A stretch of DNA of 64,000 bases from Arenicellales bacterium (GCA_965243645.1 CBDEVD010000006.1:1488838-1552837), one strand, 5' to 3'; shown: positions 1 to 11,322, numbered from the stretch's first letter. Notes: generated by a model from the sequence alone, not told the origin. Made by a program: numbers and translations.

Positions 1-1229
1 TCTGGTGTTATCTTCCTCAAGTTAATGCAAATGTTTGACACCTCGTTCGGCATTGCAAGTGAAGTTGAGTTTGAGTCTAACGACAATGCTCGATGAACTG
101 TTTCGATTAGTGCCAAAAGGCCTTCGGGAGAACGGGATAGTACATACATGTCATCGGCAAACCTAACAAACGCTCCTCGAAAATTTCCGTCTGTTCTTTC
201 CAGATAATTAAGAACTTCTTGGTCCGCTTGCATCAGCATAACATTGAACAACACCCCGGAGATGGCAAGACCTGTAGGAATTCCATCATACGAACTTTCG
301 CTTATTTTCGGTAACCGATGATTCTTTGGTTTGCTCCAAGAGTCTGGGGGTATATCACTTGTTTCCAACGTGACATTCTTCAAGGCGTTCATTAATCGCC
401 TGCCAATTTCTACTCTGATTTCTTTTTTAGATATCGCTTCCAACACTTGTTCAGGACAGCCGTCGTATAGCGAATGGAATTCTTGCGATTGTTGTGATTC
501 TACCGGTTGTTTCAATGCTGCTTTCATTGATTCAGCCAACTGAGATAGTCGAACCGATGGATAAGCCAATTCAATATCCAAAGATGCCCAGTATGCACAA
601 GGTGGGTCGAGTGAATTTTGCCACCAATCATCTCTTGTCCATTGAGGCAACATCAGTGGGTCGTAATCATTAGGATGCTGAATTTGGGCGGTTTCATCTT
701 CTGATGGAAATTCTGCATTGGTCATTCGAGCGACAGTCCAATGTGCCACACGCCGAAACAACCCGTGGGACCGCGCATAAGACAGATAAGTCCGATCTGA
801 GAGCACTGGATATGGGCGGTTCTTCCATCCAGGAGACTCTTGTCGATAATCCCAGGCTATCGGTCGATACAACCTATTCCCAAAAGCGAAATTTTTCACT
901 TGCCGATCAAGAATTGGTCCCAGCACCACCATGTGAGCCATAAATGCCACTTGATCCCGTACCGTTGGCATCATGTAGTGCCTCAGTCGAGCACCTTTTT
1001 TCGGGTACGGGATTTGCCGCCATTTTTCTGGCTTCCAGCGATTTTCCCGCAACTCAATTGCTAAATTTCGAAGCATTGCTTCTGGATACAGCTGCCACTT
1101 TGATAATTCTGGTTCCGGTGGCAACTCCCCATATTTGTACCAAGACTGTATTCGCATCCATGCTCCCTTCAGTATTACAGGATTTCCTAGTACATCAGCT
1201 ACTCTCTGTACGTTGTTGTTTGAATTCAT
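1..1229 (-). CDS. Reverse transcriptase, N-terminal 410 codons (C-terminus lies beyond the left window edge); unclassified bacterial RT, possibly defence/Abi-like
   Basis: Hand translation of the minus strand from ATG at 1229 stays open to position 1. It is absent from the ORF track because no stop lies in the window. RT motifs occur in order: IPYPKKGARLRHYMMPTVRDQVAFMA (motifs 1-2), ASLDIELAYPSV (motif 3/A), GIPTGLAISGVLFNVML (motif 4/B), FVRFADDMYVLS (motif 5/C, xADD box), NICINLRKIT (motif 6-like). Confidence 0.85.
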   Translation of the reverse strand, partial: MNSNNNVQRVADVLGNPVILKGAWMRIQSWYKYGELPPEPELSKWQLYPEAMLRNLAIELRENRWKPEKWRQIPYPKKGARLRHYMMPTVRDQVAFMAHMVVLGPILDRQVKNFAFGNRLYRPIAWDYRQESPGWKNRPYPVLSDRTYLSYARSHGLFRRVAHWTVARMTNAEFPSEDETAQIQHPNDYDPLMLPQWTRDDWWQNSLDPPCAYWASLDIELAYPSVRLSQLAESMKAALKQPVESQQSQEFHSLYDGCPEQVLEAISKKEIRVEIGRRLMNALKNVTLETSDIPPDSWSKPKNHRLPKISESSYDGIPTGLAISGVLFNVMLMQADQEVLNYLERTDGNFRGAFVRFADDMYVLSRSPEGLLALIETVHRALSLDSNSTSLAMPNEVSNICINLRKITP

Positions 1230-2157
1230 TGTTTATTTTGTGCTTAAATTCAATTTCGGATAGTAGTTTTCGTACAATTTCGATGGGGAACCAAGGTACT
1301 CAATTTAATGATTTGATGACTTAGCATACTATCAATGGAGATAAGAAGTGGCATTTCTTGTATTCGAGTGTTTTTTCAGAAGGCAGAGAATATTTTTGTT
1401 TGTCCCACTGAGGAAGACTTTAGTCTTTCAGACTATACACCGATGCAAAAACTCTTGGGATAGAAGGGAGAGACCAGTTGATGAAAGTTGGTACTCTTGC
1501 GCTCGTGAATTGATCAAGATTTATTGGGAACATTACGACATATCATCCCATCTCTTGTAATCAACTAGCTCGCATAATATCAGTACGCTGTGGAAAGACG
1601 CTCTGAGTTTTTCAGGTCTGCCGTTGGACTCGATCGATCCGAAATCGTGGTGTGAGCAAAAGCAAATCGCACCTAGCGATGGGTATCATTGCGAAGCACA
1701 AGCCGCTGGCGATGCACGATATTGAGGTTGATCGGCACCGCCGTGCAATCAAGGGTTTCGGGCCCAGCCACCCGATCGAGCCGGTTCACGGCTACTGCCA
1801 TGATTTCCTCTCGGTGTGCGAGGCGGACGAGAACATACTGATGTATGCTGACCCGTCGTACGAGTGGAGCAAACGCAAGGCGTCGAATCGCTATCGATAC
1901 TAGTATGAATTCGAGACCAGGACCATTGTGTGCTGATCGGAATCCTGCGGTCTTGGGCGAACCCGGTGATGTTTGCGGGGAATCCGAAAGCAATTCGCTT
2001 GAATTGTCCAGTTATCGTCACAGTCGCACACTGAATGTACAATACTTACCCCAAGCGACGGTAACTCCATCGACTGGAAAACCAGTTGAGCACATAACTC
2101 AACAACATTTCAGAACCAACCTTTCCTCAGCCTGTAACGAATTTAAGGAAATCAGCC

Positions 2158-3624
2158 ATGGATCAATTTCAGCACTACATTGACGGTCACTTCGAAGACG
2201 GCACCGCCACTTTCGAAAGCGTAAACCCAGCAACCGGCGCTACGTGGGCATTGATGCCAGAAGCACGTACCGACGATGTAAATCAGGCAGTAGAAGCAGC
2301 AGCTCGGGCACTTCGCGACCCCCGGTGGACAAAACTCAGTGCAACGGGTCGCGGTAAACTGCTGTATCGATTAGCCGAGTTGGTTGAAGCAAATGCAGCG
2401 GCAATTGCGAAACTGGAAACGCGCGATACTGGCAAGATCATTCGCGAGACCTCTGCACAAATCAAGTACGTCGCCGATTTTTACCGGTACTATGCAGGGC
2501 TTGCTGACAAAATGGAAGGCGCACATGTACCGATCGATCGACCCGATATGGAAGTCTGGTTGAAACGAGAACCCATCGGCGTTGTTGCAGCCATCGTACC
2601 GTGGAACAGTCAGCTGTTTCTGGCGGCAGTCAAACTCGGTCCAGCCCTTGCCGCCGGCTGCACGGTTGTACTCAAAGCGTCGGAGGATGCTGCGGCACCG
2701 CTGCTCACATTTGCCAAACTCATCGATGAAGCGGGCTTTCCACCTGGAGTCGTTAATGTCATCACTGGGTTTGGTCCCGAGTGCGGATCAGTCCTGGCTT
2801 CGCACCCACTGGTCTCTCGTGTTGCGTTCACAGGTGGACCGGAAACCGCCCGTCACATCGTGCGTCATTGTGCCGAGAATTTGGCCAGTTCTTCACTTGA
2901 ACTCGGCGGAAAGTCGCCATTTATCGTCTTCGAAGATGCTGACATCGACAGTGCCGTCAACACACAAGTCTCCGGAATTTTTGCAGCCAGTGGACAGAGC
3001 TGTGTGGCCGGCTCAAGACTGATCGTTGAACGGTCCGTTAAGGACGAGTTTGTCGATCGTCTCAGGCAAGTCGCACAAAATGTCGTCATTGGCGACCCGT
3101 CTGAACAAAGCACTGAAGTTGGCCCACTTTGCACAAGTCGCCAACGGGAGTGGATCAACAAAGTGGTAACTTCATCGATCGATTCGGGCGCCAAATTGAT
3201 AGCCGGTGGTAAGAATCTCGATCGACCTGGATATTTCTTTCAGCCGACGATCCTGGATTGTTCTGAACAACCGGATGCAGCTTCGGTACACAAGGAACTC
3301 TTTGGGCCGGTACTCTCAGTGCTGACATTCGATACTGAAGAAGAGGCAGTCCAAATTGCAAACGATACACCCTATGGCCTTGCCGCTGGCATATTTACCC
3401 GCAATCTAGCTAAAGCACATCGAATGATCAATAACATTGACGCAGGATGCGTGTGGGTGAACACTTATCGCGCGGTCTCGCCAATCGTTCCCTTCGGTGG
3501 TCACGGCCTTTCGGGCTATGGCCGTGAAGGCGGTATACAAGCGGCACTCGAATATACGAAAGTGAAAAGTGTCTGGCTGAATACCTCAGACGATAAGATT
3601 CCAGACCCATTCCTGATGCGATAA
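2158..3624 (+). CDS. NAD(P)-dependent aldehyde dehydrogenase
   Basis: 488-aa ORF with ALDH signatures LELGGKSP (Glu region) and GQSCVAGSR (catalytic Cys). Confidence 0.9.
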   Translation: MDQFQHYIDGHFEDGTATFESVNPATGATWALMPEARTDDVNQAVEAAARALRDPRWTKLSATGRGKLLYRLAELVEANAAAIAKLETRDTGKIIRETSAQIKYVADFYRYYAGLADKMEGAHVPIDRPDMEVWLKREPIGVVAAIVPWNSQLFLAAVKLGPALAAGCTVVLKASEDAAAPLLTFAKLIDEAGFPPGVVNVITGFGPECGSVLASHPLVSRVAFTGGPETARHIVRHCAENLASSSLELGGKSPFIVFEDADIDSAVNTQVSGIFAASGQSCVAGSRLIVERSVKDEFVDRLRQVAQNVVIGDPSEQSTEVGPLCTSRQREWINKVVTSSIDSGAKLIAGGKNLDRPGYFFQPTILDCSEQPDAASVHKELFGPVLSVLTFDTEEEAVQIANDTPYGLAAGIFTRNLAKAHRMINNIDAGCVWVNTYRAVSPIVPFGGHGLSGYGREGGIQAALEYTKVKSVWLNTSDDKIPDPFLMR

Positions 3625-3667
3625 CTTGTCTCAGTGTCGATTTCCAATCTGATTAGTATTTGGTCCA

Positions 3668-5029
3668 ATGGAAAGTTCCTCCGCAACTGAGCCCCGAATC
3701 TACTCAGTCAGCGAACTCAACGCGGCAGCCCGAAAATCATTGGAAAGCCAGTTTGATTCGATCCGACTGCGCGGCGAAGTGTCCGGTGTAACCGCCTCCC
3801 AAGCCGGTCACTATTACTTTTCGTTGAAAGATCAAAATGCTGAGATTCGCTGTGTGCTGTTCGCCTCAACCGTTTACCGAAACCGCATCAAACAGAAACC
3901 TGAGCAAGGTAAGGAAGTGGTTCTCGAAGGTCGGGTTACACTTTATTCGCCGAGGGGAAGCTACCAGTTCTTTGTCGAGAACCTTGATCTCGAACAAGGT
4001 AAAGACGGCGCCTTGTTTCAACAGTTTTTACAACTGAAAAAAGAACTCAACGAAAAAGGTTACTTTCTTGAGCAGCACAAGCAAGCTCTACCGCATTATC
4101 CAAGGCGCGTTGGTATCGTCACCTCCCCAACAGGTGCAGCGGTACACGATATCATTCGCGCCTTCAATCGTCGTAATCCCCTCATCCAATTGCGGGTCTA
4201 TCCGACTGCGGTACAGGGTGAAAGTGCGCCTGCTGAAATCGCGCAGCAAATTGCATTGGCGAACCGCAGAAATGACGTTGACATATTGCTCGTCAGTCGC
4301 GGGGGTGGTTCCCTGGAAGATCTGGCTGCATTCAACGACCGCTTGGTTGCTGACGCGATCTTTGCAAGCGAGATTCCAGTCGTTACCGGAATCGGCCATC
4401 AAACCGATGTTTCGATTGCAGACTACGTTGCCGATAAACCGCTGGCCACGCCAACCGCCGCTGCAGAACACATCAGTACACCATCGCGCGATGAAATGCT
4501 GCAAATGCTAACGAATTTGGCATCGAAATTGCAGCATGAAATCTCATCCAAACTGAACGATCTGGGACAGCGGGTCGATTTGGCGCAACGCAGCCTGGTT
4601 CATCCAGAGCAACGCATCACTGATTTACAGAACCAATTTCGCGCTTGCCAGGAACAACTGATCTTACTTGTAAAAAGTGAGGTCGCCACGCGCAACAGCG
4701 CTGTGCAAGTTTCGAGTCAGCAGCTGCTTAACCGGTCACCAGCAAGCGCCATTGAATTCCACAAAGTCAATCTCGATTCTGCCGCCATTACCGTGCAGCG
4801 TACTACGACAAGTCTCCACGATAAATTAGCCGCACAGGTTGAGTCACTAACCAAGCAGCTTGAAACCATGGACCCACACACTATTTTGAACCGAGGCTAT
4901 GCCATAGTGCGACACCAGCGCGATGACTCCATCGTCACAAATGCAGCTACGTTGAGCCAAGGCGAAAAGGTAACCGCGCAATTGGCAAAAGGTTCCCTGG
5001 ACCTGAATGTCGAGTCAGTAAATTCCTGA
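3668..5029 (+). CDS. xseA: Exodeoxyribonuclease VII large subunit
   Basis: 453 aa; N-terminal OB-fold-like region (YSVSELNAAARKSLE..RLRGEVSG), central VVTGIGHQTDVSIADYVAD motif and a long coiled C-terminus typical of XseA. Confidence 0.9.
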   Translation: MESSSATEPRIYSVSELNAAARKSLESQFDSIRLRGEVSGVTASQAGHYYFSLKDQNAEIRCVLFASTVYRNRIKQKPEQGKEVVLEGRVTLYSPRGSYQFFVENLDLEQGKDGALFQQFLQLKKELNEKGYFLEQHKQALPHYPRRVGIVTSPTGAAVHDIIRAFNRRNPLIQLRVYPTAVQGESAPAEIAQQIALANRRNDVDILLVSRGGGSLEDLAAFNDRLVADAIFASEIPVVTGIGHQTDVSIADYVADKPLATPTAAAEHISTPSRDEMLQMLTNLASKLQHEISSKLNDLGQRVDLAQRSLVHPEQRITDLQNQFRACQEQLILLVKSEVATRNSAVQVSSQQLLNRSPASAIEFHKVNLDSAAITVQRTTTSLHDKLAAQVESLTKQLETMDPHTILNRGYAIVRHQRDDSIVTNAATLSQGEKVTAQLAKGSLDLNVESVNS

Positions 5030-5040
5030 GTACGGACGAG

Positions 5041-6363
5041 TCACCGCTTTGAGTCAAAGGGGTTTTTTCCGGCGCGGAAAACCACCCGTACATCGCACCC
5101 AAACAAATCAAACTGCTCGCGAAAATAGTTTTCCAGATATCTTCGATAGTGATCTGCTATCGAGTCTACATTATTACCATGGACTACAACAACCGGCGGA
5201 TTACGTCCGCCTTGGTGGGCGTATTTGAGCTTTACGGGGCGACGCCTTGACATCGGTGGTGGTGTTCGGGTAACCGCATTGTGAAGTAATCGGTTAAGGA
5301 TGCCGGTTGGCATTTCAGTCATCGCAGAACGATAGGCTTTGCCGACTGCCACCAACAACTTTTTCAATCCCTGGCGTTTCAGCCCGGAAATAAACAGTGC
5401 TTCATGGTGAGCAGCAAACGCGAGCTTCCTCTGTAAGTTTCTGATTGCATCAGCTCGTGTGGCTCTTTTCATCGCATCGGACTTATTCACCACAAGCACC
5501 ACAGGTCGGCCGGCTTTGCGAACCAGCCCAGCCAAAGTTGCATCCTGGTCGGAAATCGGTTCAGTACCGTCCAGCACTAAAATCACAACGTGAGCCGCCT
5601 CAATGGCTTGGAGCGTTTTTACCACCGACAGCTTTTCTAATGATTCATTGACCCGCGAACGTCGCCTGACACCTGCTGTGTCAAGAAATCGAAACCGGTC
5701 ATCGCCAATCTGGACCGGGACTGTTACAGTATCGCGGGTTGTACCCGGCGTATCGCTCACAATTAATCGACTTTCCTGGCAAAGGGTATTGATCAGTGTC
5801 GACTTACCGACATTGGGCTTCCCTACCACGGCAACTTTGGGGCCGGGATCCAGCCAGATTGGATCGTCAATTTTCGGTAGCGCCTGTGCAATGGGCTCAA
5901 GCATCCTTGCCACGCCGTTGCCACGACGCGCCGAAATCGCCACGGGTTCGCTAAACCCAAGCGCCTGAAACTCAACCATTGCCAGCTCTGGTGTCAAGCC
6001 TTCGCACTTGTTGACAACAATCGAAACAGGTGCTTTGGACTTGCCCAAGTGCTGCGCGATCCGCTCATCCGCGACGGTTAAACCATCGGTTGCATCGAGC
6101 AGTAAAATTATCGCGTCCGATTCATCCAGTACGGTTTCAACCTGTTCACTGATCAACTCAGAAAAGTCATCGCTGCCTTCACTTAGCCCACCTGTATCTA
6201 CAACCAGAAAGTTACGATCACCGTAGGCAGTAAGCCCGTACATTCGATCCCGAGTAACCCCGGGCACATCATCAACCAGCGCATCGCGGCTGCGAGTCAA
6301 TCGATTGAACAGCGTCGACTTGCCAACATTGGGTCGACCGACAATGCTGATAACCGGAAGCAT
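5041..6363 (-). CDS. der: Ribosome-associated GTPase Der (EngA)
   Basis: Two tandem GTPase domains (GRPNVGKST / GKPNVGKST, DTGG / DTAG, NKCE / NKSD) plus a KH-like C-terminus. Confidence 0.95.
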   Translation of the reverse strand: MLPVISIVGRPNVGKSTLFNRLTRSRDALVDDVPGVTRDRMYGLTAYGDRNFLVVDTGGLSEGSDDFSELISEQVETVLDESDAIILLLDATDGLTVADERIAQHLGKSKAPVSIVVNKCEGLTPELAMVEFQALGFSEPVAISARRGNGVARMLEPIAQALPKIDDPIWLDPGPKVAVVGKPNVGKSTLINTLCQESRLIVSDTPGTTRDTVTVPVQIGDDRFRFLDTAGVRRRSRVNESLEKLSVVKTLQAIEAAHVVILVLDGTEPISDQDATLAGLVRKAGRPVVLVVNKSDAMKRATRADAIRNLQRKLAFAAHHEALFISGLKRQGLKKLLVAVGKAYRSAMTEMPTGILNRLLHNAVTRTPPPMSRRRPVKLKYAHQGGRNPPVVVVHGNNVDSIADHYRRYLENYFREQFDLFGCDVRVVFRAGKNPFDSKR

Positions 6364-6476
6364 GGTGATTCAGACACTCTGGACAAATTTGTGGGTGGTG
6401 GAATAAACGAGACTGACGAGCCACAACAGTCGTGCCACGCCGATCTGTCTCATCAAACGCGTTGCACTTTAAAAGT

Positions 6477-7622
6477 TTATTCGCCAGCTTGCAGGGAAAG
6501 CGCTTCGATTCGACCTGAACGATAGAAGATATATAGACTGTTACCACTGGCAATCAAGCCGTCCGACGGCACCCGTTCGCGTATTCGACTGCGACCAATG
6601 ATTGCGCCCGACGACTGATCGAGGACATGAAGAAAGCCTAATCGGTCACTGACCACCAAGCGACCACCAACCAACGCAATATCATCCACGCCGCGATGCA
6701 GCAAAGCGTTTTGCTGCCATACCAATGTACCGTCATTTCGGTTCACAGCAAACACCAGACTGTCAGTATCGTGACCATATACACGGGTACTATCGACAGC
6801 CAAGTTTCGACCCGCGGGCCTACGACTCTCCCACATGACATTGCCGGTCGACAGATCGTAGGTAACAATGGCTCTTGCCAAGTCAGACAAGATCATATTG
6901 TTTTCAAATACAAGCGGGTGAGACTCCCTGCTTCGTAAGGCTCCAATACTACGCTCCGAACCCAGGTAAAGCTGCCAGGCATCAAAGCCAGTGTTCACCT
7001 CTGTTGCAATCACCCGTCCCGTTGCATTGCCAATGATGACTGCGTTCTGGTACCCAATTGGGGAAGCTGAACCAAACTCAAGAAACTCCGGCTGATCATA
7101 GATGGCATCCCATAGAAACTCTCCATCAGTAGCTGACAACGCGACCAGGTTTCCATCAATGGTTCGAAGGACGACTCGTTCGCGATAAACGAGCGGCGGT
7201 GCAAAGACCACTTCAGAGAGTTGATACTCCCACAACGCTGCGCCGTCATTGATATCAAGTGCTAATACAACACCTGCATCACTGACCACAACAACAATGC
7301 CTTCGCCCGCACCAACACCAGCAACGATGCGGTGATTCAGCTGGGACTGCCAAATGGATTGTCCATTGGCGGTGTCCAATGCCAAAACCTCACCGTCAAC
7401 CGATACCGCAATCAACTGATTACCGGCCAGAGTCGGACGTAGGGCCAGAAAATCGCGATTCTTCTTTGAAGAAATCTGAACTTTAGTACTAGCCCATCTG
7501 GATTCCAATTCAACCGAAGGGGTAATGTCAGTCAGTGGGGTCGGATCGGGCACTGGAATTCGTGGCGCCGCACATGCGGTCAGCAACAGAACTGTTGCAA
7601 TGATTGTTAATGGTCGAATCAT
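6477..7622 (-). CDS. bamB: Outer-membrane protein assembly factor BamB (lipoprotein, beta-propeller)
   Basis: Lipobox LLLTAC follows the Met at 7622 (the track ORF starts earlier, at 7667). Repeated PQQ-like propeller blades. Sits between the yfgM-like gene and der, as in other gammaproteobacteria. Confidence 0.85.
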   Translation of the reverse strand: MIRPLTIIATVLLLTACAAPRIPVPDPTPLTDITPSVELESRWASTKVQISSKKNRDFLALRPTLAGNQLIAVSVDGEVLALDTANGQSIWQSQLNHRIVAGVGAGEGIVVVVSDAGVVLALDINDGAALWEYQLSEVVFAPPLVYRERVVLRTIDGNLVALSATDGEFLWDAIYDQPEFLEFGSASPIGYQNAVIIGNATGRVIATEVNTGFDAWQLYLGSERSIGALRSRESHPLVFENNMILSDLARAIVTYDLSTGNVMWESRRPAGRNLAVDSTRVYGHDTDSLVFAVNRNDGTLVWQQNALLHRGVDDIALVGGRLVVSDRLGFLHVLDQSSGAIIGRSRIRERVPSDGLIASGNSLYIFYRSGRIEALSLQAGE

Positions 7623-7786
7623 GCTGTCTGCCCAATATGAAGCCTGGTATTTCATCATCTTGATCATGTTTTCAAACTTGGTCTAAGTAGCGATCCCTTT
7701 AAAATTACTCAAATTGGGGTGCAGCGATTTAAGCGATTCAGCGATAGAGCAGAAGATTCGAACAAATCACTCACTGTACTGCGCAA

Positions 7787-8413
7787 CTATTCAGCAATCA
7801 ACGTATCGTTGAGCTTCAGAGTGAGAATGGCTTGGTAACCTGAATTCGAACTGAGCGCTTCTATGCTGGCCTCGTACGCCTCTTTCGCTTCCGCATTGCG
7901 ATCCATCGCCCGATAGGCGTCACCTCTGAGTTCCTGAAAGTAGGACTCAAACCCGGCCGAGTTGCCCGTATCTAGCACATTCAGTGCTTCCTGATACTGC
8001 GCGTCGGCAATCATCAGTTGTGCCAGACGAATTCGTCCCGCGGCTTCGGTGGCTGCATCATTTGAGGCAGAAATCGCCTCCTCAAGCAAGGCACGTGAGT
8101 CGCTGACATCACCTGCTTCGTATGCTGCGCGGGCCAGCAACAAGCGCGCTCTTTCTGCATAGGCCGAACCCGAGTGGTCATCAAGCAGATTATCGAATGC
8201 CTGCCGTGCAGTACTCATATCAGCCTGCACAACCGCGACGGATAACTCCTGGAACAGCACTGACGCAGTTTCCTGTTGAATTCGGGAATATTCATTCCAA
8301 CCCGTCCAACCGCCAACCGCGAGTACACCCACAGTGGTACCACCAATGATTGTCCAGCGGAATTCCTTCCACCAGTTCTTTATCTGTTCTAACCGTTCGT
8401 CATCCGGTGTCAT
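7787..8413 (-). CDS. yfgM: YfgM-like membrane-anchored TPR protein
   Basis: 208 aa; N-terminal TM helix (WTIIGGTTVGVLAVGGWTGW) followed by an Ala-rich TPR-like region. Conserved position upstream of bamB. Confidence 0.7.
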   Translation of the reverse strand: MTPDDERLEQIKNWWKEFRWTIIGGTTVGVLAVGGWTGWNEYSRIQQETASVLFQELSVAVVQADMSTARQAFDNLLDDHSGSAYAERARLLLARAAYEAGDVSDSRALLEEAISASNDAATEAAGRIRLAQLMIADAQYQEALNVLDTGNSAGFESYFQELRGDAYRAMDRNAEAKEAYEASIEALSSNSGYQAILTLKLNDTLIAE

Positions 8414-8449
8414 TCGAGACTCTCTTGTCAGTTCATGCCTGCGCCAAAT

Positions 8450-9736
8450 TTAGCACGATGTTTCAAGCATTTTTTTAATATTCTCAACCACTTGGTCGAG
8501 CGCAATCACTTGTTGCTCGCGATCAGTTCGCAACGATTTGATGGTTACTGTTCGGGCGTCAATTTCGTCTGCACCGATTATAACGCCAAGCGCTGCATTC
8601 ACTCGGTCTGCACTTTTGAGTTGCTGCGCTAATTTGCCCCCGCCGCAGTGTAAAGTCGCACGCACTCCAGCCTCGCGAAGCGATTGGGCAAGGCCTAATC
8701 CTGCAACCTGCGCCGTCTCACCCAGCGTGCATAAATATACTTGTGGACTTACCGATTGATAGTCGAAATTACTTTGCTTTAGCACTTCAATCAGGCGTTC
8801 CAAACCCAGTGCAAAACCAGCACCTGGTATTGAGCCACCGCCCAATAAGGCGACCAGCCCATCGTAGCGACCACCCCCACAAATGGCATTTTGTGCCCCC
8901 AGCAGGTCAGTGGTCCATTCAAAGACTGTATCTGTATAGTAATCCAGCCCCCGAACCAGGCGATGATTGATGCTGAATTCGATATTCTGTGAACGCAATA
9001 ACTCCTTTAGACGGTCGAATCGTTCGCTGGATTCATCACTCAAATAATCCATCATCACTGGCGCGCCTGCAATCATTTCCTGCATGGCTGGATTCTTGCT
9101 ATCCAGAATACGAAGCGGATTGGTTCCTAATCTGCGCTGGCTATCCTCATCCAGGTCGTTTTTGAATTCTTGAAAATATTCGACCAACTCCTGCCGATAG
9201 TGTTGCCGCGACTCAGGTGTACCAATTGAATTGATTTCCAACCGGGCGAATTTAGCAATATCGAGTTGTCGCCACAGTGCATGGGCGAGCAGGATGATTT
9301 CCGCATCAATATCCGGCGTTGTCCAGCCAAAGGCCTCGATGCCAAATTGATGAAACTGCCGGTAACGCCCTTTTTGCGGACGCTCATAGCGAAACATCGG
9401 GCCCATGTACCACAATTTGGCCTTGTTTCGCTGAATCAAGCCATGCTCAATGGCTGCCCGAATGCAGCTTGCCGTCGCTTCCGGGCGCAGTGTCAGGCTG
9501 TCTCCCCGGTTGTCTGCAAAGGTATACATTTCCTTTTCAACGATGTCGGTTTGCTCGCCAATAGAGCGTTTGAATAACTCGGTGCGCTCAACGATGGGCA
9601 AACGAATTTCGCGGTAGCCATATCTTGCCGACACTTCACGAATCGCGGTTTCAACGGCCTGCCATAAATCGGTCTCCGATGGCAGCAGATCGTTCATTCC
9701 GCGAATGGATTGAATCTTCCTGCTCACGGTATTCAC
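8450..9736 (-). CDS. hisS: Histidine--tRNA ligase
   Basis: 428 aa; class II aaRS with the HisRS signature [16 protein letters not shown]. Confidence 0.95.
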   Translation of the reverse strand: MNTVSRKIQSIRGMNDLLPSETDLWQAVETAIREVSARYGYREIRLPIVERTELFKRSIGEQTDIVEKEMYTFADNRGDSLTLRPEATASCIRAAIEHGLIQRNKAKLWYMGPMFRYERPQKGRYRQFHQFGIEAFGWTTPDIDAEIILLAHALWRQLDIAKFARLEINSIGTPESRQHYRQELVEYFQEFKNDLDEDSQRRLGTNPLRILDSKNPAMQEMIAGAPVMMDYLSDESSERFDRLKELLRSQNIEFSINHRLVRGLDYYTDTVFEWTTDLLGAQNAICGGGRYDGLVALLGGGSIPGAGFALGLERLIEVLKQSNFDYQSVSPQVYLCTLGETAQVAGLGLAQSLREAGVRATLHCGGGKLAQQLKSADRVNAALGVIIGADEIDARTVTIKSLRTDREQQVIALDQVVENIKKMLETSC

Positions 9737-10887
9737 CTCAGCGCGCCGGGTGCCAATTGTTCATCAGGTGCCACAACAACAGATTGAGCTGCGAGTCGTG
9801 CAGATCGTCGGGTTCGGTCAACAAAGTCGCCTGTCAACTGCCCACACGCAGCTGCTACATCATCACCGCGGGTTTTTCGGGTAATGGTCATGATGTTTTG
9901 CGACAAAAGATAGTCTCGGAAGCGATCAATCACCTCAGGTGTCGAACGCTCGTACTGAAGACCTTCGACTGAGTTGTAGGGGATTAAGTTAACCTTGGCC
10001 GGTACTTCGGTCAACAACCGAGCGAGCTGCCGGGCATGTGAGATGGAGTCATTGATGTCCTTAAGCATAATGTACTCAAACGTCACCCGCCAACGATGAT
10101 CATAGCTGGCATAACGGTAACAGGCTTCCATTAACTGCTCAATTGGGTACTTTTTATTCAAGGGCACCAGTTCATTGCGGAGCTCATCATTCGGTGCATG
10201 CAGCGAAACTGCGAGGCTAACAGGGCAATCGTCCAGCAAACGTTTGATCCCTGGTACAACTCCGGCTGTACTCAGCGTGACGCGCCGTTTGGAAAAGCCA
10301 TAACCAAAGTCGTCAATCATGATACGCATTGCAGAAACGACAGCATCGTAATTGAGCAGTGGTTCACCCATACCCATCATGACAACATTGGTGATTGGTC
10401 GTCGGTTGTCATCGGTCGCCAGTTGTTGCTGTACAAACCACAACTGCGCAATAATTTCAGCTGCGCTCAGATTGCGATTGAATCCCTGCCGTCCCGTCGC
10501 ACAAAACGTACAGTTCAACGAACATCCCACTTGAGACGAAACACACAGGGTGCCGCGGTTGGCTTCCGGAATAAACACCGTTTCCACACAATTGCCATCG
10601 GCTAGAGTCAATAGCCATTTGCGTGTACCATCTGATGAGATGTGTTCGCTCGCTGGCGCGAGTCCCTCGATCGTGGCGACTTCAGCAAGTCGTTGGCGCA
10701 ACACTTTGCTGATATTTGTCATCTCTTCGAAATCAGTCACACCAAACTGATGAATCCACTTCATCACCTGACTTGCGCGAAACTTTGGTTCACCAAGCTC
10801 GGCAAAAAAATCGATCAATTGGTCTTGGGAGAAACCCATCAGGTTAGTATTCATGGCTAATTTTCCGAGCGATCGAGACTCATTCAA
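9733..10887 (-). CDS. rlmN: 23S rRNA/tRNA adenine-C2 methyltransferase RlmN (radical SAM)
   Basis: [11 protein letters not shown] radical-SAM cluster motif and C-terminal AACGQL. The start could instead be Met at 10854. Confidence 0.93.
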   Translation of the reverse strand: MNESRSLGKLAMNTNLMGFSQDQLIDFFAELGEPKFRASQVMKWIHQFGVTDFEEMTNISKVLRQRLAEVATIEGLAPASEHISSDGTRKWLLTLADGNCVETVFIPEANRGTLCVSSQVGCSLNCTFCATGRQGFNRNLSAAEIIAQLWFVQQQLATDDNRRPITNVVMMGMGEPLLNYDAVVSAMRIMIDDFGYGFSKRRVTLSTAGVVPGIKRLLDDCPVSLAVSLHAPNDELRNELVPLNKKYPIEQLMEACYRYASYDHRWRVTFEYIMLKDINDSISHARQLARLLTEVPAKVNLIPYNSVEGLQYERSTPEVIDRFRDYLLSQNIMTITRKTRGDDVAAACGQLTGDFVDRTRRSARLAAQSVVVAPDEQLAPGALR

Positions 10888-10896
10888 TCACTGAGA

Positions 10897-11322
10897 TTAA
10901 CGCGAATGGATTTGGTCAGCAGAAAAGAAAAAAGCGATCTCGGTTTTTGCAGTTTCGGGTGCATCTGATCCATGAACGGAGTTGCGTTCCAATGATTCGG
11001 CCAAATCTGCGCGAATGGTGCCAGGTGCGGCGTCAGCGGGATTAGTTGCACCCATGATTTCGCGATTGGCTGCGATTGCATTTTGACCTTCCAGAACCTG
11101 AACCACAATCGGACCCGATTGCATGTATTCAACCAAACTGGAATAAAACGGCCGTTCCTTGTGTACGGCATAAAACCCTTCAGCCTGTGTCTTGTCCAGA
11201 TGCACCATACGGCAAGCCACAATCGATAACCCGCCGGCTTCAAACCGTCGATTGATTTCACCGATCAGATTTCTTCGTACTGCATCGGGTTTGATAATAG
11301 ATAAAGTTCGTTGTAAGGCCAT
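10897..11322 (-). CDS. ndk: Nucleoside-diphosphate kinase
   Basis: 141 aa; [16 protein letters not shown]-terminus and active-site NSVHGSD. Confidence 0.97.
   Translation of the reverse strand: MALQRTLSIIKPDAVRRNLIGEINRRFEAGGLSIVACRMVHLDKTQAEGFYAVHKERPFYSSLVEYMQSGPIVVQVLEGQNAIAANREIMGATNPADAAPGTIRADLAESLERNSVHGSDAPETAKTEIAFFFSADQIHSR

Noticed and set aside
331-1324. Plus-strand track ORFs (331-543, 704-943, 840-1064, 944-1324) at the left edge
   Set aside because: They lie antisense to a 410-codon open frame with a full set of RT motifs. None has a recognisable domain, so I treat them as shadow ORFs.
1-1700. Group II intron interpretation of the RT (a GTGCG pentamer occurs on the minus strand near 1667-1671, ~440 nt upstream of the ORF)
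   Set aside because: The RT N-terminus and inter-motif spacing do not look like an intron-encoded protein. I could not trace domain I-IV structures by eye. Domains V/VI would lie outside the window. The question is kept open in the finding but not called.
1652-1903. 83-aa ORF (VSKSKSHLAMGIIAKHKPL...) between the RT region and the aldehyde dehydrogenase
   Set aside because: No family or motif recognised. It overlaps two similarly long antisense ORFs and could be a gene fragment at an island border. The evidence is too weak to annotate.
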